From Nitrospirota bacterium (GTDB lineage: Bacteria > Nitrospirota > Thermodesulfovibrionia > Thermodesulfovibrionales > Dissulfurispiraceae): a stretch of DNA of 64,000 nucleotides. Shown here piece after piece: positions 29,575-38,288 of this stretch (positions within the stretch are counted from its first letter, which is position 1; each line of letters opens with the position of its first letter). The position numbers and the translations under genes were made by a program. The stretch covers positions 128,001 through 192,000 of the forward strand of contig CAWBMP010000004.1 in assembly GCA_963790025.1 (NCBI GenBank). Reading direction: 5' to 3'. The notes beneath the pieces were generated by a model. The model saw nothing but the letters and a program-made list of their open reading frames with translations. It was not told where the DNA came from and made no database searches.

Positions 29575-29636
29575 TAATTCACCTCCTTATTGGGCAATTC
29601 TGTATATACGCCTCAGACTTTAATCGCTTGTCTATT

Positions 29637-29663
29637 TTATCGGAGGGCATTTTGAAAACTTTA
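29637..29663 (-). promoter_or_regulatory. sigma28 promoter of flagellin 1
   Basis: TAAAGTTT...TCCGATAA with TAAA-N15 spacing. Confidence 0.85.
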
Positions 29664-29668
29664 ATTCA

Positions 29669-29747
29669 CTATGAGGATTATCATGAAACCCTGGAAGATC
29701 AGAGATATGGGCTTATTGAAGGAGAGCTTATAATGACACCATGGTAA
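29669..29747 (+). pseudogene. N-terminal relic of a Uma2-family endonuclease
   Basis: YEDYHETLEDQRYGLIEGELIMTP matches the typical Uma2 start (TYEDY..P.D.RYELIEGEL.M.P) and is followed by a stop. Confidence 0.65.
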
Positions 29748-29790
29748 AAAAAAAATTCAGGGCCATCCTCCGTGAGGAGGACCTGCCCTG
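29746..29790 (-). terminator. Rho-independent terminator after upstream flagellin
   Basis: Near-identical hairpin to 27864 followed by AA and a T10 run on the minus strand. Confidence 0.8.
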
Positions 29791-29841
29791 CTGTTTCTGC
29801 TTACCGCTTGCCTCTTAATCCTTAACCCTTACTGCCTGCTG

Positions 29842-31323
29842 TTATTTCGGCAACAGTGCAAGGATCTGCTGCGGCAATGTGTTGGCCTGTGCCAGCACCG
29901 CTATACCTGCCTGCTGCGTGATCATCGCCTGTGTCATATTTGCCGTCTCAGCCGCGTAGTCGGCATCCATAATCCGGGACTGTGCAGCACTCATGTTCTG
30001 AGAAGTGTTCTGCAGGTTCGAAATTGCAGACGTAAACCGGTTCTGATAAGCGCCCAGCGATGCCGCTGAATTATTGATAGAAGTCAGCGCCGCATCAATC
30101 GTGCTTATAGCGGTGTTTGCCCCGGCTTGAGTTGAGATATTGATGGACGATACCGCGCCTGTGACGTTTGCCGTTGCGGCATTTAATCCCGTAACAGCAG
30201 CGGAAACGCCGCCAAAAGCATGAACAACGTTGGCGCCGCCAATAAGAATACCGGCAGATCCGTTTGAAGCTAAGGTGACCGACCCGTAAAGAGTAGTAAA
30301 GTTTACACCACCAGGTGTACATAATCCGGCCAATGAAGCATTGTTACCGGCAACGACTATATCGCGGCCATCCGCTGCGGTCAGAGTTATACCCACATCA
30401 GTGCCTACACCGGTATTTGTAGTGTACAGTGTTGCCGTTACGCCGGTTGATATACTCATGGCATTGATAGCTGCTACAATATTGGATTCCAGACCAACGG
30501 CACTACCGCCTGCGGCCACTGATCCTAAAGCGAACCCGTTGATCGTTATACCGGCGGAAACCGCAGTACCGGCCTGTACAGCAGCCATAGTACCCTGACC
30601 ATTTGCTGTCGTCGCAATCGCAGTTGCCGTTACACCGCAAGCAGCCTGGTTAATCGCATTGGCTATAGACCATGCGCTGTCATTATTCTGTCCTGCGGCC
30701 CCTGACATGGTGGGGCTGACAGCAATACCATTAATCGAAAGATCACCAACGGCCAATGCTGCCATACCGACGCTGCTGCCGACAACAGCGGTTGAGTAAC
30801 TCGCGCTTCCCCCGGTGAGCGACCCTGTCCTGGCACTGGAAATAGAAGCTATGGTGATGGTCTGCCCCGCAAAAGCACCGACCTGAAACGACTGGTTCTG
30901 GAAGGTGCCGTCCAGCAAATTGATGCCGTTGAATTGTGCCGTTTGCGCAACCCTGTCGATTTCAGCGATCAACTGCGCAGCCTGTGTGTTCAGCGCCGCA
31001 CGGTTCGATGCACTGTTTGTAGCATTTTCCGATTGGATTGCAAGTGTGCGGATTGTCTGCAGGTTATTTGCTAATGCCGTTAATGAACCCGACGCGGTCT
31101 GCAATAATGAGACAGCGTCATTGGCATTCCTTACAGCCTGGTTCATACCATTGACCTGTGAGGCCATCTTTGTCGCAATTGCCAGACCAGCTGCGTCATC
31201 CGCTGCGGAATTGATCCTCAAGCCGGTTGACAGCCTCTGCATAGAGGTTGCCAGAGGTTGCTGGGCCTGGCTTAGAGCATTCTGGGTGTTGAGAGAAAAT
31301 AGGTTGGTGTTAATTGAAAGCAT
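29842..31323 (-). CDS. fliC: Flagellin (copy 2)
   Basis: 493 aa; 8 aa differences from copy 1 by manual comparison. Confidence 0.97.
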   Translation of the reverse strand: MLSINTNLFSLNTQNALSQAQQPLATSMQRLSTGLRINSAADDAAGLAIATKMASQVNGMNQAVRNANDAVSLLQTASGSLTALANNLQTIRTLAIQSENATNSASNRAALNTQAAQLIAEIDRVAQTAQFNGINLLDGTFQNQSFQVGAFAGQTITIASISSARTGSLTGGSASYSTAVVGSSVGMAALAVGDLSINGIAVSPTMSGAAGQNNDSAWSIANAINQAACGVTATAIATTANGQGTMAAVQAGTAVSAGITINGFALGSVAAGGSAVGLESNIVAAINAMSISTGVTATLYTTNTGVGTDVGITLTAADGRDIVVAGNNASLAGLCTPGGVNFTTLYGSVTLASNGSAGILIGGANVVHAFGGVSAAVTGLNAATANVTGAVSSINISTQAGANTAISTIDAALTSINNSAASLGAYQNRFTSAISNLQNTSQNMSAAQSRIMDADYAAETANMTQAMITQQAGIAVLAQANTLPQQILALLPK

Positions 31324-31449
31324 GCTATGTTCCTCCTTGAGTTTTATTTACGGGCGTCCTTGCCCTACATGTGAGCTGCGTACGGCAACTCACTATCCCC
31401 TCGGCCACCTTAATATCAGCCTCAGACTCAAATAGATTTCTAAATATAT

Positions 31450-31476
31450 TAATCGGAAGTTCTTCCGAAAACTTTA
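31450..31476 (-). promoter_or_regulatory. sigma28 promoter of flagellin 2
   Basis: TAAA-GTTTTCGGAAGAACT-TCCGATTA. Confidence 0.85.
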
Positions 31477-31478
31477 AT

Positions 31479-32504
31479 TCACATTTTCAGCCAATCACCC
31501 ATGAACTTTATGACATCATCATCCTTCGGCAGTTTGCCGCACCATTTAGAGAAAAACTTGATCCTCCTCTTCCATGCATCATCAGGACCGCTTCTCTCAG
31601 CCTTTTTCCAGTGTTCCACGGCCTCCTTCTTATAAACAACTCCGAGAGAGTCGGGAAGATATGTGATCGAATAGCCTTTATCTTTGGCAGCCAGGCATAC
31701 ATCGGCTTCAGTCAGGTGGTTCGCGATTCCCTCGTCAAACCCGCCTGCGGCATTGAAGGCGTCCCTGCTAAGACCGATAAATCCCCCTCCGACAGCATTC
31801 AGCTTCGGGCGTTCAGCGTTCAGCGCCAGGTCCTCTTTGATAAAGAAAGGTGTAAAATTAAAGTCAAATCCTATACCGAGACAATAGGGCGTCATGTCTG
31901 CATTTTTTATCGGCATGCCGGCTACCCCGTTTTTCATTGCTTCAGTAAGACCTTCACCTTTTATATAAACAATACCCGGCATCATAAAAACGAGGAATTC
32001 TCCTGAAGACGCCTCCGCTCCCCTGTTATAGAGCTGTGAGAGGTTGTCACCCTCTGCATAGACAACCTTTAAATCTCCTGAAATACCGGCGAGCAGGTCT
32101 TTTATAGCGCTGTCATTGACAACAATGATAGTCTCCCAGTCCTGGAATGTAACACCTTCCGACAGGGACGTAAGACTTGATAAAAGGGCCTCGGAGTCGC
32201 CTCCTGAAGCGATAACAAAACTCACTCTGCCCCTGGTCCCCGGACTGCCGGAGAGCGAAGTCGGACCGGCCGTTGACTCCCTGGAACCGAGAATAAAACC
32301 GATCACGTCCGATGCCCTCTCTAAGGCCTTGCCGTCAAGTTTGTAAAAAGATCGCCTCACATAGTTGTCGGCTTTTTCCCGTATTTCCGCCGGAATGCCA
32401 TGCTGCATGGTGTCAAAAAGTTTTTCCCAGTTGCCCAAAGGCGATATCAACTGGGCAACGCCTGACTTGGCATAATACGCTTCGATCTGATCATGAGTAT
32501 CCAA
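31479..32504 (-). CDS. GT2-like glycosyltransferase; probably the frameshifted 3' part of the upstream gene
   Basis: VSFVI..WETIIVVND..YNRGA..GEFLVFM..GGFDE; N-terminal part contains DGKALERASDVI, a GT-B tail-like motif. Confidence 0.7.
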   Translation of the reverse strand: MDTHDQIEAYYAKSGVAQLISPLGNWEKLFDTMQHGIPAEIREKADNYVRRSFYKLDGKALERASDVIGFILGSRESTAGPTSLSGSPGTRGRVSFVIASGGDSEALLSSLTSLSEGVTFQDWETIIVVNDSAIKDLLAGISGDLKVVYAEGDNLSQLYNRGAEASSGEFLVFMMPGIVYIKGEGLTEAMKNGVAGMPIKNADMTPYCLGIGFDFNFTPFFIKEDLALNAERPKLNAVGGGFIGLSRDAFNAAGGFDEGIANHLTEADVCLAAKDKGYSITYLPDSLGVVYKKEAVEHWKKAERSGPDDAWKRRIKFFSKWCGKLPKDDDVIKFMGDWLKM

Positions 32505-33534
32505 TTAGTGACGTGACCTCAAACAAAGGCTTCTGCCAGGCCAGGGCCTCTATGGCAACGGTACTTTTGCCGAGGGCAACACAGTAATCTGCGATGGAAA
32601 GTATTTTATAAGGATCATATGTATAGAGCACTATTGCAGACGGCATGATTTCCTTCATTATACGCTCTATCCGTTTAAAGTCGGACAGGGGCAAAAGAGA
32701 GTGCCACTTGAATATGCACACCAGCCCGTCCCTGTCCAGACCTTTGCACAATTCCTGCCATATCTCCTTTTTAATCACTATGGCCCAGTCAAAACCGAGC
32801 AAAAGCGCCAATACTTTCCTGCCCTGTTTAATGCCGAGTTCGTTCCTGACAGATCTCCTCATGGAGGCTGTAGAATATTTTTCTATAATATCGTCAAGAT
32901 ACCAATTGCCGTTAATTACCATCTTATCAGTCGAATTTTTATGTCTCTCGAGGTATGAGACGGTTGAATCCCCCCATATGAGGCATGCTGTTGAATACTC
33001 CGTATGGATCATCGAGGCAAGCGTATCAACATAATAATCGCCTTCCTGCAATGTTATAAAAGGTATTCCATATGCGGCTGCAACATGCCCTATTTCTTTT
33101 CCCCATGGGTTTACCTCATGAAGGGCCACAAACATATCGGGCTGTTCAATTTTCGCCATTTGCACAATGCAGCTATATTCCTCAATCCTCAACATTAAAA
33201 GCCTGTCCTGAGTGTAAAGAGGCCAGTGCCTGATACCGTCCCAGCCAAAAATCAGTCGTATCCATTCATCATAGAATTTATTTGAGGTCCTCCTGATATG
33301 CTCTTTGGTTTCCTCATCCGCATATTCGGACAAGAATTTAAATCTGTAACCCCTCTTTATTAATTCGCCCTCAAACGGATACAGGTCTGACGTAGTAAAA
33401 AATAATATCTCGGCGCCCTCCTTCCTGACTGATTCAGCAAGAGGGAAGAGATACTTGCAGTGGTGAGGCAGTGTAACAAAAAATGCTATCTTCTTATTCT
33501 TCAGTCTCTGACTTTCTCTTTGCCTATTGCCCAT
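32491..33534 (-). CDS. GT-B fold glycosyltransferase-like protein (capsule synthesis/CDP-glycerol transferase-like)
   Basis: IPFITLQEG, CLIWGD, FKWH, STVAIEALAWQKP. Confidence 0.65.
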   Translation of the reverse strand: MGNRQRESQRLKNKKIAFFVTLPHHCKYLFPLAESVRKEGAEILFFTTSDLYPFEGELIKRGYRFKFLSEYADEETKEHIRRTSNKFYDEWIRLIFGWDGIRHWPLYTQDRLLMLRIEEYSCIVQMAKIEQPDMFVALHEVNPWGKEIGHVAAAYGIPFITLQEGDYYVDTLASMIHTEYSTACLIWGDSTVSYLERHKNSTDKMVINGNWYLDDIIEKYSTASMRRSVRNELGIKQGRKVLALLLGFDWAIVIKKEIWQELCKGLDRDGLVCIFKWHSLLPLSDFKRIERIMKEIMPSAIVLYTYDPYKILSIADYCVALGKSTVAIEALAWQKPLFEVTSLIGYS

Positions 33535-33537
33535 TGC

Positions 33538-34749
33538 CTATTGCCCATCGCCCGTGGTTGTCTTCTTGCTGCACAGCTTGCCGACGAGGTCGGACAGACA
33601 ACTGTATCCGGTCTTTTTTTCATTGTATCGTTTCAGAACCATTTCTTTCAGCTCTTTTGGATCATCGATAAATTTGACGCCGTCGCCGGTTTCAACATTC
33701 TCGAATATTCTATTGTAAACTGCAGCCGCTTTCCCATGACACGCCGCCAAACCCAAACTTTCCATGTATGTCGCTGATATCACTACATCCGCAAGCATCA
33801 GAAGCTGGGCTACGGTGCCGTACTCTGCAAAATACACCCTGCCTTTGAATTTATTTATAATATCGCCATAAACGCCGTCTATTACATCCTGCTCACTCAG
33901 CTCTTTTACGGAATAGCCGACCTTCACCAGAAAAACAACTGCGGGGACATCCAGTTGGTCCAGAACATGAAAAATCTGTCTTATTTGGGACCTGTATTTC
34001 GGATGGTTGAAGAGAACGACAAAGAATTCTTTTCTATCTATCTTGATGTCAGTATTATCCATGAAATCAAGCAAGGCATTCATATAATAGTCTTCACAGG
34101 TCTTCAGACAATAGGCTTCCCTCTCGTCCGTCAAAAGGAATATCCTCTCTTTTTCGAAGCCAAGCCGCTCAATAAATTTCCTTTCCCACTCCTCTTTAAC
34201 AACAATATAGTCCATAAATTTTACATACAGAAATGCATTATGAAACGGGGGCTGCGTCTGCAGCCCTATGAGCGGCACTTTCCTTTCCTTGGCAAGAAAA
34301 CAGATTGCGGAAAAGAAGGCATCTGAATCCCAATTCGGGAAATTCTCCATTGAAATAATCGGCATTAATATAAGACTGTATGGCGAGACATTTATATCGG
34401 GATAGGTATAAGGCATGATAAAACCTTGAAAATCATCAAAGGCCGCCAACTTGTAAATCTTCATGTCCGTTTCAGGAATCAAAAGATTATGCGTCTGCCT
34501 GATGAATGTCTTTAAAAGATCATCCTTGAAAATATCGGTAAGCGGTACAAGATGCGGTTTCACCAATAAAACATGAACATTTTCATTTCCCTTGAAAGTT
34601 TCGACAGCCTTCGCATGTATCTCGTCACTCGGGGTAAGAATATCAACCTGGTATCCATCAACGGAAAGTATGCGGACCAGGCGCAGCATTCTGCCCTGGT
34701 TCATGATAAATTGCTTGCTGTCTATTGGAAAAAGCAACTTTTTAGTCAT
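33538..34749 (-). CDS. Hypothetical protein, possibly GT-B fold
   Basis: 403 aa ORF; KVPLIGLQ, LLMLADVVIS, ACHGKAAAVY resemble GT-B motifs. Confidence 0.55.
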   Translation of the reverse strand: MTKKLLFPIDSKQFIMNQGRMLRLVRILSVDGYQVDILTPSDEIHAKAVETFKGNENVHVLLVKPHLVPLTDIFKDDLLKTFIRQTHNLLIPETDMKIYKLAAFDDFQGFIMPYTYPDINVSPYSLILMPIISMENFPNWDSDAFFSAICFLAKERKVPLIGLQTQPPFHNAFLYVKFMDYIVVKEEWERKFIERLGFEKERIFLLTDEREAYCLKTCEDYYMNALLDFMDNTDIKIDRKEFFVVLFNHPKYRSQIRQIFHVLDQLDVPAVVFLVKVGYSVKELSEQDVIDGVYGDIINKFKGRVYFAEYGTVAQLLMLADVVISATYMESLGLAACHGKAAAVYNRIFENVETGDGVKFIDDPKELKEMVLKRYNEKKTGYSCLSDLVGKLCSKKTTTGDGQ

Positions 34750-35321
34750 TAGTGCGTTTTATCTATGGTCATCATTACTTCATGTGCCATTTTAAGCAGC
34801 TTGCTGCCGCTGGTATCTACATAACGCGTGACAGCAGCCATATAAGCTTCATGGTCAGAGGAATTCTCATAAGCCGGCGGGAGCATTTCATTCATTACCC
34901 TGGCAACTGACTCGTCAGTCGTAAACCCGTAATTATAAATGCTGCTGTCTTCTGAGCTGCATGCCAGCAAATACTTCAACACGTCGGGAAACATTGCATC
35001 ATAGGCGCCCCTGTACTTCAGAACAACCAGCCTCAAATATAAAAGGTCCGCATGCATTTCTCTAAGGGAAAGTCCCTCTTCAACATATTTTGCAGCGGAC
35101 GTATAGTCTTTGTCGCCCACCGCCGTCGCCGCCAGGTAAGAAAGCATTCTGATATAGGCAAGGTTATCGCCCTTCTTTTCATCTTCAGGCACCTGTGAAA
35201 GCGCCCTGTTCAGGGACTCTCTCGCATGGTCCCTCTGTCCCATCTTCAGATAGGCAATTGCAGAGTTCAAATTGGCTATATATGATGATTCAGGCATGTC
35301 CCCTCCGAGTAATTTCCCCAT
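34749..35321 (-). CDS. TPR-like hypothetical protein
   Basis: Helical repeats (AIAYLKMGQRDHARESLNRAL; AAKYVEEGL..HADLLY). Confidence 0.6.
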   Translation of the reverse strand: MGKLLGGDMPESSYIANLNSAIAYLKMGQRDHARESLNRALSQVPEDEKKGDNLAYIRMLSYLAATAVGDKDYTSAAKYVEEGLSLREMHADLLYLRLVVLKYRGAYDAMFPDVLKYLLACSSEDSSIYNYGFTTDESVARVMNEMLPPAYENSSDHEAYMAAVTRYVDTSGSKLLKMAHEVMMTIDKTH

Positions 35322-35347
35322 TTATATTATTGGCTATCATAACAGAT

Positions 35348-36394
35348 TCATCCTATGCACTCCCAGCTTAAAGGTGTCCCTCTCGTTGAAGATATCCGGG
35401 CCTTTTTACCTATAATATCTTTAAAATACCTGGGATGGAGGCCATAACCCGGCCTTATCGACCGGATGTTTTCTTCTGTAAATGTTTCACCTTCTCTGAT
35501 ATCTTTAACTATAAATAATGACCGCGAGAACTCCCTGCTTTTCTTTGTTTTGTCCGACAGGTCATAGTTTACCGTTCCAAGCGCCTTCTCCACGTCTCTC
35601 ACCGCATTGACCATTGCCCTGAATTCTTCCGGCTCCAGGGAAAATGCTGCGTCAGGTCCGCCCAATTTCCTGTCCAGTATAAAATGTTTCTCTATTATTT
35701 TTGCACCCAGGGCCACAGCCGCTGCAGGTACCGATGTGCTCAGGGTATGGTCGGACAAGCCGGTTACTGTCCTGAAAATTTCTTTCATACTCGGGATTGT
35801 CCTCAGGTTCACATCCTCCAGGGGCGCAGGGTATGCAGAGCTGCATTTTAAAAGGGCCATCTTGTCATTGCCCATCTTTCTGCACGCATCCACCGCGTCC
35901 TGGATGTCGCACAATGTTGCAATCCCTGTTGATATGATGACCGGCTTGCCCTTTGACGCAATATATTCTATGAGCGGGATGTCCGTTATCTCAAACGATG
36001 CAACTTTGTAGGCGGGGACACCCATGTCCTCGAGAAAATCCACTGCGGTGCGGTCGAACGGGGAGGAAAAACATACAAGTCCCAGGTCCTCGCATATGAC
36101 CTTGAGCTTTGGGTGCCAGTCCCAGGGCATGAACGCGCCCTGGTAGAGCTCATAAAACGTCTTGCCGTCCCATATTGTTCCCTGGTTAAGGGTGAATCGG
36201 CCGCCGTCATGATTTATCGTTATGGTATCAGGTGTATATGTTTGCAGTTTGACTGCGTCGGCGCCGGCCTCCTTCATGGCCTTGATAGTGTCTACTGCCA
36301 GATCAAAACGCTGAAGATGGTTGGCAGAGAGCTCAGCCATTATGAAAACCGGATGGTCATCTCCTATCTTTCTGTCTGCTATAGCTATTTCCAA
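35348..36394 (-). CDS. pseI: Pseudaminic acid synthase
   Basis: AELSANH, KLQTYTPDTIT, YKVASFE, GLSDHT, IEKHF, SIRPGYGL. Confidence 0.95.
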   Translation of the reverse strand: MEIAIADRKIGDDHPVFIMAELSANHLQRFDLAVDTIKAMKEAGADAVKLQTYTPDTITINHDGGRFTLNQGTIWDGKTFYELYQGAFMPWDWHPKLKVICEDLGLVCFSSPFDRTAVDFLEDMGVPAYKVASFEITDIPLIEYIASKGKPVIISTGIATLCDIQDAVDACRKMGNDKMALLKCSSAYPAPLEDVNLRTIPSMKEIFRTVTGLSDHTLSTSVPAAAVALGAKIIEKHFILDRKLGGPDAAFSLEPEEFRAMVNAVRDVEKALGTVNYDLSDKTKKSREFSRSLFIVKDIREGETFTEENIRSIRPGYGLHPRYFKDIIGKKARISSTRGTPLSWECIG

Positions 36395-36416
36395 CTAAAT
36401 AAACTCCTTATGTAAA

Positions 36417-36965
36417 TTAGTCATCGTGCCCATCGCTTTTATTGATAAGCCCCATGATTATCATATCATGCCATCTGCCGTCCCTGAAAACAAATTCCTT
36501 CAGCCTTCCCTCTTCGACAAATCCCGACTTTGTATAAAAATCCACGGCCCGTCTGTTGGTTTCCATGACCTCCAGTTTCAAGGTATGCAGATGTGCTATG
36601 TCAAGAGCCAGTCTTTTCAGGCCATCAATGAGCATTCGCCCGGCCCCGGAGATATTGCAATCGGGATTGGCATAAATTCCAAAATATGCGTTTTCATTTT
36701 TTAAATCGACTTTGTTCAGATACACAGTGCCCAGATAGTTTCCGGCTTTGTCTTTTGCTATCCAGTATAGATTTTTGTAATCAGACCGCAGCCCCTCAAT
36801 AAAGGCCTGATGCTTTTCTGTCTCTATGATATCGCTGTCGTACATCCAATTCCGCACCGTTTCGTGATTTCTCCAATTCCTTACCATCTCGACTTCTTCA
36901 GCACCAAGGCTTAAAAAGTTAAGAAGCACTAAATCTCCAAAATCCATTTCCTTGTGAAGGTCCAT
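36417..36965 (-). CDS. pseH: UDP-4-amino-sugar N-acetyltransferase (GNAT)
   Basis: VRNWRNHETVRNWM, FGIYANP, LEVMETN; ATG 36965 overlaps upstream TAA. Confidence 0.8.
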   Translation of the reverse strand: MDLHKEMDFGDLVLLNFLSLGAEEVEMVRNWRNHETVRNWMYDSDIIETEKHQAFIEGLRSDYKNLYWIAKDKAGNYLGTVYLNKVDLKNENAYFGIYANPDCNISGAGRMLIDGLKRLALDIAHLHTLKLEVMETNRRAVDFYTKSGFVEEGRLKEFVFRDGRWHDMIIMGLINKSDGHDD

Positions 36966-37648
36966 TACTTGATCACCCGTACGCTCTTGAAGGCCTCGGC
37001 GCAGCGCAAGCCTGTCCTCATGCCCCACTGTTCGGCATTCATAGTTATGCCTTTCAAAGACCTTGGATGAGGAAATTCTCTCAACTCTGTTTTATATTCG
37101 CCCATCGCCTTTAGTTTTATGTCCAATGTACTTTCAATGTCGAAAAAAACATCAGGAGAAAAAGATAGAGGGAAACTCCATTCAGTGGAGGATGGTATCT
37201 CAAATGAGTAAATTTCTTTAACAGATTCATTCCCGCACGGACGTGCAGCGGTTATGACAGCTTTATAGGTGATCTGGTGGTCTATATTCAGGTCTCCCTT
37301 GTAATGGGTAAAAATAATGCCGGGCCTGATCTTATCTTTCACCGCCTCTATAATTTTTACAATGTCCAGCAGTGCAACCGTATCAAACCTGTTGTCGGGA
37401 AAATCGTAGGCAAAAAGCTTTTTAATACCCACTATCATATTGGCCCTCGAAATCTGCTTCTTCAACTGTTTTATATCTTCCGCCCTTTTTTTCCTGTCAG
37501 GCTTATCATCTCTTGAAGTTATCCCTTCCCCCAATATTACCGTATATGCTTCATACCCCTCTCCTATTAATCGTGAAACTGTTCCTCCGCAACCCAAAAT
37601 TTCATCATCGGGGTGAGCAGCTATAACAAGGACTTTTTTGTTATTCAT
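36965..37648 (-). CDS. PIG-L/LmbE family deacetylase
   Basis: AAHPDDEILGCGG, DLNIDHQ, EFPHPRS. Confidence 0.92.
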   Translation of the reverse strand: MNNKKVLVIAAHPDDEILGCGGTVSRLIGEGYEAYTVILGEGITSRDDKPDRKKRAEDIKQLKKQISRANMIVGIKKLFAYDFPDNRFDTVALLDIVKIIEAVKDKIRPGIIFTHYKGDLNIDHQITYKAVITAARPCGNESVKEIYSFEIPSSTEWSFPLSFSPDVFFDIESTLDIKLKAMGEYKTELREFPHPRSLKGITMNAEQWGMRTGLRCAEAFKSVRVIK

Positions 37649-38288
37649 GCAGATATTCCTCGATCTCCGCTATTTTATCAAGGCAAGGCACATTCGGCGG
37701 GACCTGCTCTTTCACAGGTCCGCCGGTCTTATATAAAAAAGAAATTCCAGCCCTCACAGACGCGACCCCATCTATCGCATACCAGTCTCCGACACTTAAA
37801 CATTCGCGGGGCGACAAACCATGTTTTTCCAGGAGATTCACAAACCAGTATGTCGACGGCTTTCTGCGTTCATCCGACGCAACAATAATCTCATCAAACA
37901 GACCTTCCAGTTTAAGGGCCGAAACCTTGGATTGTTGGGTCCCGGCATTGCCGTTTGTTATCAAAAACTGCTTTATACTTTTAATCTTTACGTGTACTAA
38001 AAATCTATAAACTTCTTCCTCCAAAACCAGTTGCGTCCTGAAGTTTCTATAAGCAGCCAGAAAGTCTCCCCTGTCCACTTCCAGAGCGAATTCATTGATC
38101 AGCCTGTCGATTATATCACTTTTCGCAGGCCCGTTGACCTTCCACTCGTCGGTCCACAAGGCTTTTACTCTCCCGGCATTTTTTAATGAGAATTTATGTA
38201 TGCAATAATCTATCCTTTGGACAATATCGGTTATCTGGGGGTAGAGGGTATTGTCCAGATCATAAAAGATAGCCCTTATCTTATTCAT
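37641..38288 (-). CDS. HAD-family hydrolase
   Basis: YDLDNTLY, LITNG, RKP, VGD. Confidence 0.88.
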   Translation of the reverse strand: MNKIRAIFYDLDNTLYPQITDIVQRIDYCIHKFSLKNAGRVKALWTDEWKVNGPAKSDIIDRLINEFALEVDRGDFLAAYRNFRTQLVLEEEVYRFLVHVKIKSIKQFLITNGNAGTQQSKVSALKLEGLFDEIIVASDERRKPSTYWFVNLLEKHGLSPRECLSVGDWYAIDGVASVRAGISFLYKTGGPVKEQVPPNVPCLDKIAEIEEYLHE

